Notes: generated from the letters alone by a model not told the origin. Shown: positions 1-16,570, numbered from the stretch's first letter. The stretch: 64,000 bases of DNA from Octopus vulgaris (GCA_951406725.2 OX597826.1:80848001-80912000), one strand, 5' to 3'. Made by a program: numbers and translations.

Positions 1-259
1 ATGGATACAGGACGTCAAAATAAAAACGTGAACAAAATGAGAAACGAGAACATAAAAAAAAAACATGGAGAACGAACTTTTTTTTGAAAAACGAAAGAAA
101 CAAATAGAGAAACGAGACAGGCAACATAAAGAACATTCCCTTCATCAGTTGTCCCCTGTTTTATCTACTCCGTGTTTCGAGTGTAGGGACAAGACGTGAC
201 ATCGTTAAAACAGTCGTTCCCGCAAAGCAAATTTTAAAAAATTGGGGATTTGCGGAGGG

Positions 260-261
<2 letters not shown>

Positions 262-316
<55 letters not shown>
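262..316. repeat. (TA)n microsatellite
   Basis: Direct. Confidence 0.95.
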
Positions 317-318
<2 letters not shown>

Positions 319-466
319 AAATGGGACAAGAACGCGAAACATCTGGACAACTAGGTGATACAAAAAGGGACAACAAAACATCCAGATAGACGATGCAAAA
401 ACACAAGGACGGGTCATTCGAAGCTTCCTATCCTCAGTCAAGAACCGGATCATCCTCGCAATTTTG
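316..466 (-). repeat. (TA)n-associated dispersed repeat; second copy at 19012-19160 (+)
   Basis: Near-identical sequences (both translate as MIRFLTEDRKLRMTRPC...), each abutting a TA microsatellite. Confidence 0.8.
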
Positions 467-2610
467 GATCTAGTGGTTAGAGCGTTGCACTTACGATCAA
501 AAGACCGTGGTTTCAATTCCTAGACCGAGAGGCGCATTGTGTTCTTGAGCAAAAACGCTTCCTCTAACGTTGCTCCGCGCTCGCTTCGACACCTAGCTCG
601 TGGCGCACCGAGCACCTGTTAAGGCAACGTCGATCTGATGAAGGGAGACAACTAATGTGCGGTACACGGATTTGATCGCTATAAACAAATCATTTGTGCC
701 TGTCGTTCGACAAACGCTGAACGCTCACACATCGTCTTGGACGAGAGAGTCCGTCATACATACACACTCATGTGTTTGAGTTCTGTCTACTCTTTTCACT
801 ACCAAATCTATTTCTGATTATAATTATATAAGCTATAATTCCTATTTCTTATATGTAAACTGCACAACAACAGATAGGAGCAGAAAGAAATGGTAAAAAA
901 ATAAAATTCTACGTAGGTTTTAATGATGCACCGCCATTACTCTCAGACCCAACACTAAGGAAATAAAGTAACACAGTTTCTGCTCTGTTTTTCTGTGTGT
1001 TTCATTGTTTGATTGATTAACCTGCCATTCCGGTAATATCATAGACTTCACTAATGGTAAGAAGGGCGTATATTTTGAATGATGGTAAACAATAGAAAAT
1101 GGCCCACGCTCTTAGGAAGATCAGACAGAAAGCTTTCTGATAAATAGCATTCTTCTGTTGCTTCTAAGCTGAAGAATATGTCACTGGACTCCTTCGCTGT
1201 GAGAAAAGCATTCTGCGATAGTTTCGAATCAACGAGATGCGTGGTCGTTTGGTCTGCATATATATAGCACCCAAATCACCTTCAAGACCAAGCTTTGGCT
1301 AATGTAGTCTTAGATACACAAAAACGATGGATATTCCCGACCAGAAATTCTTTAATTATAGATGAACTCGATCAGATCTGAGCTGGTTCTAAACAACAAA
1401 ACCCATCATCGACAGGCAGGGAGGAAATGTGTTGTTGTTTTTTTCTTACAGCTTAAATCTTCACCATCTCAAGTTGAACACAATCCACCACTGCCAGCCC
1501 CCATAGAGACCTATGGAGACCTTCCTGGATCTTTATTTTTGTTTATCCCTTTATTTCAGTTTATCCTTCACAACTAGAGTCACCCGAGAACATCGGCTGA
1601 ACCGACTGAATTGACGGGAGAAGGAGCGAGAGCGTCTGTTGGTGCCTTAAAACCAGTATTTGGAGCAGAAGAAACTCAATAATTTGAAAATATAGAGGGA
1701 TGGAACTCTGTTATCAAACCTCTGCTGCCTCGCGGCAGTACCTATCCATGCCGAAGATTTCAAGAGCAAACTTTGAGAAAAATAATCTGCTACTTAAGTG
1801 TCATTTTGTTTCTTTTCCGATTTCAATTAAATATGAAGTGTCTAACAATACAAAAAAAAAAAAAAAGACATGAAAGAGCTAAAGGAAGAAATTTTCGAAG
1901 TCGTCACTTCTCCTGCTAAAAGCAACAGCTAAATCCTTTAGAAATTACACTCGTGTGTCTTAAATAAAGAATTACATGCTGGACAAAAAGGGAAACGTAG
2001 TCGCTGATATTCAATGTAAGATGATCACCGCTGAAACTTTTTTGATTACAGGTCTGCTCGATAGGGGTTGGAGGTAGTTAGCCGATTACATCGACCCTAG
2101 TATTTGACTGGTACTTATTTTATCAGCCCTGAAAAGATGAAAGACAAGGTCGACCTTGGTGCCATTTGACCTCAGAACGTTGAAGCCCGAAGAAATACTG
2201 GTAAGTATCTTTGCGATGTGCGAACCATTTTGCCAACTCCTTAAACAACAGCAGCAATGATAGGAATTGATATGGTAAAAGAAAAAAGAAATAGAACTGA
2301 CCTGTAAACAATACGAACAAAACCAGCAAATTCTTGGCCATTGTGGATATTTTGGGGCTTTTCTCTTTTGTTCCTTACTGTGTTTCCAATCCAAGTTCTA
2401 ACCTTCACACAACCACTCGGCAGACAAAGAATGAGAACAGAAAAGATCGACTTTTAATTTAACAGTCTTAGAGTGGCCGAAGTCTGGAATAAACAAGAAA
2501 GTAGCCACTTAAATCAGTCAGATATATTCACAGATACTTACACATATATTCACTACACACACAAACACGTGTGTGTCTCAGCGTGCATGCATATATAGAC
2601 ACATACATAG

Positions 2611-2612
<2 letters not shown>

Positions 2613-2690
<78 letters not shown>

Positions 2691-2873
2691 CTAGCAGCAG
2701 CATAAGTGCCTGTGTCAGATGTCTGTCATAAGAGTCTTCAGAACGAAGAAAATAAGTTCTGAAGACGTTCTAAAAAAAATGGATGGACATTATTGCAACA
2801 AAATAAATGTCCTTCATACATAAAATATAAAAGAAGAAACATGCAAATGGGAAGAAAGAAAGGAAGGAAGGAA

Positions 2874-2961
<88 letters not shown>
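2613..2961. repeat. (GT)n (2613-2689) and (GAAA)n (about 2850-2961) microsatellites
   Basis: Direct. Confidence 0.95.
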
Positions 2962-2962
<1 letters not shown>

Positions 2963-3027
2963 CGAATCAAATGGGAATTGAAATTCTATCTCTCAGTTAG
3001 ATATATGACCACATTTCTTTTATGCCG

Positions 3028-3316
3028 TGGAGGTACATAGCCAAGTGGTTAGAGCATCAGACTCGCGGCCGAGGGATCGTGGGTTCAAATCTCAGACCTG
3101 GCGATGTGTGTGCTTACGAGCGAAACGCCTAAGCTCCACGCGGTTCCGGCAGAAGGTAATGGCCAACTTCTGCTGACCTTTTCGCCACAACTTTCATTCA
3201 CTCTTTCCTCCTGCGACGGACCAGCGTCCCGTCCAGGTGGGGAACCTATACGGCAATGAAACTGGGAAACCAGCCCTTATGAGCCGGGCATGGTTCGAGT
3301 AAGAACAAACAACAAC
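3028..3316 (+). mobile_element. tRNA-derived SINE with A box (TAGCCAAGTGG), B box (GGTTCAAATC) and an (AAC)n tail
   Basis: Pol III-like boxes at about 3038-3048 and 3082-3091; no complete cloverleaf. Confidence 0.65.
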
Positions 3317-4039
3317 AGTTCCAAGTGGCTCCGAGGGGGAGGTGAACCCCGCTGTACTCTTTCACCACAACTTTCTCTCACTCTTTCTTCCTACTTCTGC
3401 CACAAAGCAGAGGAACCATGGTGTAACCCATTATGGTGTGGTAAACTTTCAGACCCTAGTCTGGATTGCGAATTCTCTGTACCCCAGGATGGTTCAGCTC
3501 TCCACCCGTTAAAAGCCATCGTTTGCGGAATGAGGGTAACAACGTAGCTTTCATGCCCATGCAACCGCCAGTCTATCGCGTGTGGTGGGTGGATCTTCAA
3601 GTTGCCACACGCATTCTTAGTAGTTTAGAGTAGGCTCGAATTAGAGATTATTTTTGGTGGCTAATGGCGTGAGTCCTGAGTGGAAGAAAAGGAAGAAGAA
3701 GAACAACAACAGTACTTCTGTACCAACTGATTTCAAACTAATTCTTGACAATCCAAAAATTTACATGATTCCATTTATATTCATCATTATTTTTTTTTTT
3801 TGCTTCAGTACTTTGTATTAACTATTTGACTGCGTAATTAAATTCCCTGATTATTCTCATGATTATGTTAATTATCCACCCAATAAAATAGAATTGATAT
3901 TTTCTGCTTCTGCAATATTTTCCCAGCATCTCTTGTAGATACGGTTTTCATATCCACCACTAAAAGTATTTGATTTTTACCCTGTAAAGCGATATTTGAT
4001 GAAATATGGTGCGGCGGGGTGGAGGAAATCTGAAAAATA

Positions 4040-4387
4040 GTCTTATTTGTAAAAAGTGTTAGCTGGTGATCCGTCGGTTGCGACGACGAGGGTTCCATTT
4101 GATCCGATCAACGGAACAGCCTCGTTGTGAAATTAACGTGCAAGTGGCTGAGTACTCCACAGACACGTAGACCCTTAACGTAGTTCTCAGGGGTATTCAG
4201 AGTGACACCGAATCTAACAAAGTTGGCCCTTTGAATTACAGGTACAACTCATTTTTGCCAGGTGAGTGGACTGGAGCAACGTGAAATAAAGTGCCTTGCT
4301 CAAGGACACAATGCGTCGCCAGAAATTGAACTCACGACCTTCTGATCGTGAGCCGAATACCCGAACCACTAAGCCAAGCGCCTTCAC
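4040..4387 (-). mobile_element. tRNA-derived SINE family D
   Basis: tRNA-like head on the minus strand (GGCTTAGTGGTT...GTGAGTTCAATTTC). Decayed copies at about 34375-34625 and 38640-38905; head-only copy at about 28820-28920 (+). Confidence 0.75.
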
Positions 4388-5274
4388 CGCGGGGTCCTGT
4401 AATGTCGCTAAGACAGCCCTGATCGGAAATTTGGTGAACTGAATAAAATTTAGCGAGGCTGTTTTAGAGTTTGTAAAGTTGTTGCATTTCAGGATCATAT
4501 CGTTGCTATTACGCAAAAGTGTCGTAAGTCCAAAACGTTGCTTTTTCTGAAAACGAAAAAATACTTTCACCATTTCACATCAAAACCGTTGTACTTCACA
4601 TTGACAATTTTTTTGATATCTTAGTATCTGTCGCAGCTGGAGATACGATAGTCTGACCAAAAGAAATGGCTATTGCAAGCAAAAATAAATATTGAAAAAA
4701 AAAAAAACGCATTTGGCCAAACTGAACATTCGACAATTGAACATAATGATTGCAGAGTGTTGCGTTGATCCACCGAGTTGTATTCCTCGGCATGAAAAAG
4801 TACATCTCGTATTTAGATCAAATATTTAGAGAGAAAAACTAACACGAGGTGAGGAAATACAGGCAGATGCCACATCTGTTATAAGCCTGGATTGTGAATA
4901 AAAATGTTTATGGGGTCAATTTGACATGGAAGATCGGTTACCGTAGAAAAATGCGAAAGAATGAAAGGTTGTTTCTTTTTTATAATAGTGATAGAAAGAA
5001 GAAAGAGAAAGAATGCGAGATGTGAGTGCTGGGGAGGAAGAGAGAGAGAGAGAGAGAGAGAGAGAAAATGCAATTTGGCAAGAGACCAGAGATTAAATAT
5101 TTTCAGTATGAAAAATTAAAAAGCCAGGCGGATTGATTTCTTCAAGATGCAGTTAAGGAATGCAGTCAAAAGATGTACGTCATCTCAAATATGAAAGCTT
5201 TACTTTCTCGCAGAATTTACGAACTGGAATGGAGTATTTCAATATTCTTAAGAAAATCTAAGTATTTCTGGTCT

Positions 5275-5660
5275 CGCGTGGTTAAGAAGATCGTTTCCCA
5301 AACGTGTTGTCTTGGGTTCAGTTCCACTGCGTGGCACCTTGGCCAAGTGCCTTTACTATAGCCCTGGGCCTACCAAAGACTTGTGAGTAGATTTTTATAC
5401 ACGAAAACTGAAAGAAGCCCGTCACGTGTGTGTGTGTGTGTGTGTGTGTGCGTGGGTGTCCTCCATCACCACTTGATAACTGATGTTAGTTTGTTTCCGT
5501 CCCCGTGACTTAGCTGTTCGGCAAACGAAACTGATAGAATAAGTACAAGGCTTCTAAAACAAAACAAAAAAACCCTGCGATTGATTTCTTCGACTAAACC
5601 ATTTAAGGCGTTGCTCCAGCGTGGTCGCAGTCCACTGACTGGAGCAAATGAAAGATAAAC
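5275..5660 (+). mobile_element. SINE family B copy
   Basis: Collinear with 58285-58632. Confidence 0.8.
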
Positions 5661-6123
5661 TATGTTGGTTTCAAATTTTGGCTCAAGGCCAGCAATTTTG
5701 GGGGCCAATCGATTACATCGACCCCTGTTCTCAACTGGTACTTATTCCATCGACCCCGAAAGGGTAACAAGTAAAGTCGACTTTGGCAGAATTTGAACTC
5801 AGAACATGAAAACGGACGAAAAGTCGCTAAACATTTTGTCCGGGGAACTAACGATTCTGCCAGCTCGCCGCCACTTAGCTTTTGGTAATAATCCTTTCTG
5901 CAATAGGCACAGAGCCCGAAATTTGAGGGGAGAGGATATTCAATTATTTGAACCCCAGTGCGTGACTGGTATTTATTTCATCGGCCCCCGAAAGGCTAAG
6001 TCGACCTCGGCGGAATTTGAACTCAGAACGTAGCGGCAGACGAAATACCGCTAAACATTTCGCCCGGCGTGCTAACGATTCTGCCAGCCCGCCGCCATTT
6101 AACTTTTGGTAGTAGAAGTAGTA

Positions 6124-6171
<48 letters not shown>

Positions 6172-6220
6172 ATAATAATAATAATAATAATTTTTAAAAA
6201 TAGTAATAATAATAAAAATA

Positions 6221-6520
6221 GAAAGGAAAGTCGATAGATATGACAGGTTAGCTTGGGAAGTTAAGCAGTTGTGGTCGATGAAAAAGGTGGCTGTAGTACA
6301 AATAACTGTCGGAGCCCCGGGAACAGTGAGTAAAAATCTTGAGAAGTACATGGAGCAAATAGGGGCTGCAATAAGGGTGGAGCACTTGCAGAAAATAGCA
6401 CTGCTTAGAACCACTCGAATACTCCGGAAGGTGCTCGAAAAATAAGAGGCGTTACCTTAGTTCACTGGTATAGAACAGCTAACACCATTGTACATCGCCA
6501 GCGTCAGAAGCTGTGAAAAG
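6221..6520 (+). mobile_element. 3' end of an R4/Dong-like non-LTR retrotransposon (restriction-like endonuclease C-terminus) in a (TAA)n tract
   Basis: 6221-6445 translates ERKVDRYDRLAWEVKQLWSMKKVAVVQITVGAPGTVSKNLEKYMEQIGAAIRVEHLQKIALLRTTRILRKVLEK*, matching the K..KY..L..E...LW...V..I.VGALG...LQK..LLGT..ILR pattern. TAA repeats flank both sides. Confidence 0.8.
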
Positions 6521-6522
6521 GT

Positions 6523-6532
6523 AATAATAATG

Positions 6533-6596
<64 letters not shown>
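6523..6596. repeat. (TAA)n microsatellite
   Basis: Direct. Confidence 0.95.
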
Positions 6597-6605
6597 GGGT
6601 TATGG

Positions 6606-8135
6606 TTAGGGTTGGTCAGACGGAAGGAAAAAATTGTTCTTCAGTTTATCTCTATACAGGTAAGCGTAAAACTCATTGGGTAGACCATCGAAACCTGACG
6701 ATTTATTCCTCGTGAAGCTGGCCATTACTTCCTGTATTTCAAAGGCTGTTATCGGCCTTTCGCAGCGCTCCGTCACCGAGAACCGCGGTAGGACGTGAAA
6801 TCCATCCTGCAACCCGGCTCACCGCTGCTCTAGGACAGTTGCGCGAAGCACCGTTGAAAGGCCACACACGTCTGTCTCGGATCAATTATCATTTGCCCGT
6901 TGCGGTCCCGCAAGGATCGGATCGTGGATTTATTACCACGCCGTGTCTCTTCCACTCGGGTCCATTGAACGGCTTTCGTCCCTTTGTGTCTAAAGGCTCG
7001 TACCTTAGCTCTGACAACGCACCCTTCGGGTTTCGCGTTGAAGAATTGGTCGAATGCCAATCTCACTGCGAGCACGTCGGTCGCGATGCCTTTTCTAAAA
7101 GCCTCTTCTAACATTTTGACTGGCCCTGCCTCTCCTCTGTTTCTTACTACAGCTAGTCCTTTGATAAACCTTATCGATTCTATTCTAATCGCCCTTTTCA
7201 AGTCGAACCACCATTTATTGTTGATTATTGCCCCCGTTAACACCCTCTTAACTAGTTTACTAATTCGGTCCCTGAAATCTTTACGCGCCGGCAACGACGT
7301 GTTGAGCTTCAAGTAACCGGGTCCCTGTCTATGAAGCCTATCTAAGTCGACTGTACAGATTACGAATTTATGGTCTGTGTAGTCGACTACTTTAAACTGT
7401 AGACAATCTATGTTATCCTTATCTGCTACTCTACAGAATACCCTATCTAGATATGATGTGGATGACCCGATGCGGTTTGACCAGGTTCACACTGGCAAAA
7501 CCGAGAAATCCAGTCGATACTTGTCAGACAATTGGAATCGTCTGAGCAGGTTTGCGAGGCTTTTGCACCCTCCTCTCCTACCTGCTAAACCCACACGGTC
7601 CCACCTTACATCTAAAACTCCATTCTAATCCCCCTCTAATACTAAAGAAAGAAAATTATCCATACGTCTGAAGAAATCTGGTCGTTTTGCCCCTCTCGGG
7701 GCGTAGCCGGCAACTAGCCTGAAAATATGTCCTTCGTTGCCTGTCACGTCCAGGACCACCAACTTACCTTCCGGATCCAGGAAGATCTTCTTATTGCAAG
7801 ATCCATATTTTTCCGAACCATCACGGTGCCTTCGCCTCCAGCTCCCGGACGACTTGGGGATGCGTACACCTCATAGTCACCGAAAATGGGTCGAAAGTCC
7901 CATGAGTCGGAAATTCTGGTTTCACTAATGGCCACCACGTCGACATTCAGTGCTCTGAGGTCGTTGATCAGGTGACCCCGTTTCCAAGGCGATCCCAAGT
8001 CACATACAATCACGCTGCCTATTCTATACACGACCATGTTGTCGGGAAAAGAAAAGAGAAGAAAAGGAAAACTTGGTTTTGTTGTGAGTGGGGCGGATTG
8101 CCCGTCCCTTCTGTTGGCTCGTGGGGTTTCCAACA
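6606..8135 (-). mobile_element. Decayed L1/Tx1-type LINE ORF2 fragment (AP endonuclease to pre-RT region)
   Basis: LINDLRALNVDVVAISETRI (endonuclease start), KLNTSL...WWFDLKRAIR (WKLN region) and PITAFEIQEVMASFTRNKSSGFDGLPNEFY (K.PG.DG...EFY motif); frameshifted. Confidence 0.85.
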
Positions 8136-8566
8136 GTAAATCACCAAGAATCCTCTTGGTGATATTCCCTCGAAAATCTCCGATTTCTTGCGGGAAATGG
8201 GTTTTTAAGTGTGTGTGTGTGTGTTTTGTGTTGTTTGTATGTGTGCAGGGAGGGAGATTGTGGGTTTGATAATAAATAAGAATAATAAGGAAGAGAATGA
8301 AGACTTGTATTTACGACGGGGCCAAAACGACAGGAACAACATCAACGTTAACGAGAACCGTTGGTCTACAAGCTGACCCCGTGACGTCGAAAATGGCAGC
8401 TAATTGTAGTATTTTATATATGAATAAGGTACAAAACCAAGTTTTTAGTTTAATAATTCTTTTATTACCAGATTTTTTGTGAAAAATCTATCCGCAACTA
8501 ACATCCTTTGACTGCTTGTGTCCTTCACACAGACACTCACACTCACACACACACACACAACTTCCC

Positions 8567-8609
<43 letters not shown>

Positions 8610-9354
8610 CTCACACATAGTTGAAATGTTTGATTTTTTTCACGGTAGAATTTCCATCACCCCACTCCCACTTTGCTATCACCCCTTCCTTCCTTATTCA
8701 TCTATCACCCCCTTCCTTCCCTATTCATCTATCACCCCCTTCCTTTCTCGTTCATAAGTTGTGACAGAGAAAAACAAAAGTATTATTATAAAATGAAAAA
8801 CTCTTGTCAATAAACAGAAAGAAATATAATCCAAGGAACAAATTCTTTCGATTTTTACGATGTGTCATCTGGGGTTTCACAGAGAAGTAGCAAGAAACTC
8901 TAGGAATAGCTGAACAGCAGAATGGCTTCAGAAAAGAAGTGTCCACTTGAAGCAAGTGTTTCGGCCCTTAACTTCTTACAGCCGACGAGAACTGGGCTGC
9001 ATCCAGGCCATGGCTGCTGGATCCTTCTTTACTGCCAGATTCTATGCTATTTGTCTGTAGAATATACGAGTTTGTGGCAGTGACATAAACGTCACTGACT
9101 CAAATAGGATCGGTACATTCCGAATCAGTCTAATGAGAATGAGAACTGGAAGATGACAGGAAAGCAGGAACCACGAGAAGAATTGAGTGGATTTGTAACA
9201 CGCTTAGCCATAGCAGAACCGTAGCAGGAAAGGGACTTAATACTTTTTGGCTTCCATACAAATGGCCAATTATTAGGCGACACTCACTCCCTGAAATATG
9301 TACGCTTCCTGCTTTAAAGCATTTCCGGTCACAGTATGCGTGACTTTATATGTT

Positions 9355-10455
<1,101 letters not shown>

Positions 10456-11004
10456 TGTAGGTTACATCTATCAAACGCTAACTCCGTTAAATATAAAAGA
10501 ATATCAGCTGAGTTCGCAATTGTAAGATGCGGGGTTCGAATTCAAGATATATTTTCCAGACATATTCCTTGTACGTTTTCTTCAACAAATAATCGATAAC
10601 ATGATGTGATAGCAGTTACTTTGTCTCTGAAGATCAAGAGGAAGAGTGGGTCGCCCTCAAGTGACTGTGAAGGCCGATCCTTGACATTGCTGGGCTTTTC
10701 TTCCTGTCTACATTTAACGGTTTTAAAGCGAGTGTCAATCTGCACAATTTCATCCTAATCTTTAGACTTGGTTGCCTCATCACAGTGCCTTCTCTTCGGT
10801 GAATTGCCTTACAGGGTTGTAGAATGTCACTTCTCTTTTAGAGGTGCCGCAAGGGTGTCAAAGATGGCACCCGACCACCTGAGGGATACATTCCTTGATT
10901 TACTGTTGAGGTGTACTCACCCAGCCTTATCCTTTCTCCTGGCACTCACCAGGCAGTGAAGGTTTGTGCTTGAGGTTTCTTCCATAGCATGCTGAATAAC
11001 CTGT

Positions 11005-11155
11005 AACGGGGACCCTGATAGGTGTTACCGCTCCGGGTCAGAGTAGACCTGAGAACAATGGTGGATAAGCGGTGGTTCCACAACCGTCAAAACCGTGGAA
11101 CTCCTGTACCAGGGCCCCACGACTGGATGCTTCTTAAAGTGATACACAGGACAAA
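11005..11155 (+). repeat. Dispersed repeat (GGGACCCTGA.AG.TG.TA...GGGT.AGAG.AGACCTG); reverse copy at about 18905-18985
   Basis: Direct comparison of the two loci. Confidence 0.6.
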
Positions 11156-11974
11156 GCTTATAGAGATATATATACATATATAAACATACATACATTCTTA
11201 CATACTTATTTTATTATAGAAGCAATACAACACCAAGGAGGAATCGACGTAAGCTTAAAGAACCGCGATAGGTGAACCGCGGTATGGCGAGTGATTAGTG
11301 TACTTCCTAGATGACTTCCAGCTATATCCTAACAGTATTTGTTTCACTAAGAAACTTGGTCGCAAAGTTATTACGAGATATAAAAACAGAAGTCGACCAA
11401 GAAAAACGATCCTATCCGATAATTAGCTGAAACTAATTATGAACCAACAAAGGTTTACGTATTTTCTCTTCTCCTCAACTGTGAGTGGTTTAAGTATCTG
11501 GGAATTAATGAGGACCATGTTTAAATTTGTTTATATCAAGACAAGCAGACTGGCTGAAGAGGATTTCAACCAGCGTCAGAAAATATCGCAGTCAGAAAAT
11601 ACTAGTCGCGATAGGTCAGACGTGGGGTAGGGTTGTGCCGATGCAGCGCGGTGCTGCATTCACCGTTTGTCGTCGGTGAATATTCCTGGTTGTTCCCGAG
11701 CGATCCGTTGAGCAGAGTCTGTCCCCATCTCCGCGAAATACCTCCTCATCTGCCGTCGCTATAAAAACATCGTAATAATGATAGAGTGGCAGTTGCCGTT
11801 GCAATGTTTTGGATAATGAATAGACGGGGAGGTGGTGCCTCGGTAAACTCTACAACCCAAAAGGGAAAATCAATTGCCATGGTAACATGACGTAATGCAA
11901 CAAAGACAAAGTGACGAACGGGTAGCGACGTTAAGTCGATGGATATATTGCCACGCGGTATTTATTCCAATTTA

Positions 11975-12212
11975 AAGGCGGCGAGCTGGCAGAACCGTTG
12001 GCACGCCGGGCGAAATGCGTAGCCGTATTTCGTCTGCCGCTACGTTCTGAGTTCAAATTCCGCCGAGGTCGACTTTGCCTTTCATCCTTTCGGGCTCGAT
12101 TAAATAAGTACCAGTTACGCACTGGGGTCAATATAATCGACTTAATCCGTTTGTCTGTCTGTCCTTGTTTGTCCTCTCTGTGTTTAGCCCCTTGTGGGTA
12201 GTAAAGAAATAG
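11975..12212 (+). mobile_element. tRNA-derived SINE family A (central block resembles the Meta domain), CpG-intact copy
   Basis: GGCGGCGAGCTGGCAGAA...GAGTTCAAATTCC (B-box-like)...GGTCGACTTTGCCTTTCATCCTTTCGGG...AAGTACCAG. Further + copies: about 30487-30722, 33120-33290, 50755-50905, 50940-51130, 51156-51370, 56380-56612, 59421-59652, 60165-60360. Minus copies: about 2075-2242, 5675-5876, 5895-6098, 15100-15295, 23300-23450, 23515-23720, 28540-28710, 31515-31725, 31745-32265. Confidence 0.85.
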
Positions 12213-13111
12213 GTATTTATTCCAATTCTGTGCTCCGAGTTCAACTTTGCCGCTGGTTTGCTGTTATATGCCTGCAGTGCGACTGCGCGGAGTTCTGTTC
12301 TGTTTCCGGCACGACGTGTTCAGTGTTGGTTTTTAGTTAGTCGAGACCGTAGCAACTCGCTGCATAAAACTGTTATTCCGTTGAAATTTGGTTTTGCTTC
12401 CAATTTAGCAGTTTTTGTTTGTATTATGGATTGCTGTATTCCTAGTCGATTAAAACTTTTTAAACTTTGATATTCCAGTTTGGGTTTATAATACCGTTCA
12501 TCCTTTCGGAGCAGAAAAATGTAGTTTAGTGTACTAAAAAATGAAAGTAAATTGCGTCGGAAGCGACGGTAATTAAATCCTATAATTCCATAAACTCCGG
12601 TGCACCTAGTGATATAATACCTTCTGGTGGTGGTCTAAGCATTTCTGAAATTGCAGCCGAGGTACACCGCTGCAACGTGGATTATCCAGCAACACCAGTG
12701 AAAACCCTAGAGACGCGCGTTGGATATTCAATTGGTGGGTTTCCCATGTTAGTTTAGGCCACATTTATAGTTGTGAAGTTGTGAACCGTTCTTTGAATTT
12801 TGTTAATCCAATGATGAGGGCATCCATACACAGAGACTATGGAAGCCGATGGATGCTGGCCAAGAAGAAACTCAAGAGACGATGTTGGACAAGAGTCGCT
12901 TCGTTCACATCGTATCTGTATGAACACAAATGACAGAAATAGGTTAAGAGATTGTGAGAAAGATATACGGACGTTTCTTTAGATATCTTGTTTTTGTGTT
13001 GTATAATAAATACAAAGAGTAATGGGCTTTCACTAGCGTCGATTCTGATTTCTATCACAATTTACTGTAAAGGCTAATGGCACTCCCTTTGCTCAGGGCT
13101 AAATAAAAGTA

Positions 13112-13921
<810 letters not shown>

Positions 13922-15668
13922 TTTATCCAAAGTTGTATTTCGAGAATCACTTCTCTAGTTTTGCGATTCTACTTCATCGGCTGAGAAGTAGTAATGTTCG
14001 ATTGAGTTTTTATTTATAGCTCCAGGAATCTTCATCCACCAATACTGGTCTAAGAGAACAGTCTGCAACACGATATAAACATACCACTGCATAGTCATGA
14101 GATGTGGACTTTCTACTCCTAACAGGAGGAAAAAACTGAAGACCGTCCACTTGTGAAGTAGCCGCCATATTTGAACTCATCCTAGCAAGACGGAGCAATG
14201 GCCTGCCTAAAGTGTGTGACATCCGGTGCAGTTCTTGACTTTTCCGCCCTCGCTCCTCATTCACGCTTGTATAGTGGACTCGAAAGTACCGTCCCTTTAA
14301 AAGCGTTGCTCAAAGAGGACCGCCAACTTCCTCTCTTAGCTTCGCTTCTGAGACAGAATGTCCACAGCAGCAAACCGTTTCCGCATTGGGTATTCCAGGG
14401 TATACCTTCTGTCGAGGGAGTGGAGTGTGCTTTGGTTGGGAGCGCATAGAGGATAACCGCAAAATACCCCAAATACATATCCTGCATGGAAAACTAGTGC
14501 CCAGGAAGATCCCAGCTGTGCTACAAAGAGGTCGGCACGAGGGAAATGAAAGCGTTCGATACCATCACGGAAACCTAACAGAATGCCGAGCACCCGACAA
14601 AATGAGCCGGAATGGTATCATGAACGGGTGTTTCGAGATAGTAGAGAGAAGGCACAAAGAAAAGATCGTAACAACGCCAGCAGAGCGCAGGTAACAAAGC
14701 AGTTGCGGTCGCACTGGAAAAACTCTTTCATTGTAAGTTTTTCTAATCATGGTTGGGGTAGCTGGGGGGAGCTTAGGTGCTGCAAAACTGAGTAAGAATC
14801 AGTTCAACACGAGGAGTATTTATATAGTTGTCCAGAGCTGAAATATCTTAAAACCTGACCAGCTTAGTACTAATCGTGTATTTAAGATCAATTCATACTC
14901 GACATGAGATTTCCGACAGCTGACAAAAGAAACAAATTGGATTTACGAAGCAACAATAACCAATCCTATTATGAGTTTCTTTCAAATATAAAAATAAAAA
15001 TCTCATATTGTTCTCTCCTTTTCTTTCTTTTTTTTTTTTTTACGATCTGCCGAAATAGCAGTCATCTCCCACTCAAATCGCTTTCTTTTGTCTCAGTAAC
15101 TAATTTCTTTCTTTACTACCCACAAGGGGCTAAACATAGGTGGTGGGGGGACAAACAAGGACCAAAAAAAGGGGATTAAGTCGATTACATCGACCCCAGT
15201 GCGTAACTGGTACTTAATTTATCGACCCGAAAAGATGAAAGACAAAGTCGACCTCGGTGGACCTCGGTGAACTCAGAACGTAACGGCAGACGAAATTTAT
15301 CTCAGAAACTAACTATCGTCTCAGCTCGGTGTTCTCATAGCTTTGTAGAAGAGTGTTTGTGGGAGTTGTCTCCCGTTGAATTATCGCTCTTTTATACAAT
15401 TCCGCTTAAACAGTCGGATGGTCTCCCTTGGCTCGGTTCGTCTTGGAGATGAGGGAGGATGGTGGGAGGAGGGGGTGGTGGTGATGGTGGTGGTGGGGTT
15501 CCTGGTTCGTGATTCAGCAATCTTTGGCTGGTGTCAATCTCCTGACTATTGATTCGTCTCACGGAATTACAAACGAATCAGTTTTTATTATCTCATAAAT
15601 CTGTAGAAAATTTATTTATTTATTTTGGGACACTGGCATGCATTCACCCGTCCAATCATTTATGTAGA

Positions 15669-16570
<902 letters not shown>

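Noticed and set aside
121-200. Minus-strand CTGATGA and GAAAC motifs near the window start
   Set aside because: The motifs are in permuted order and I could not build stems I and III or a UH cleavage site; possibly a remnant but not supportable.
14010-14795. GC-balanced block with several short ORFs
   Set aside because: No recognisable domain; probably decayed transposon sequence that I cannot assign.
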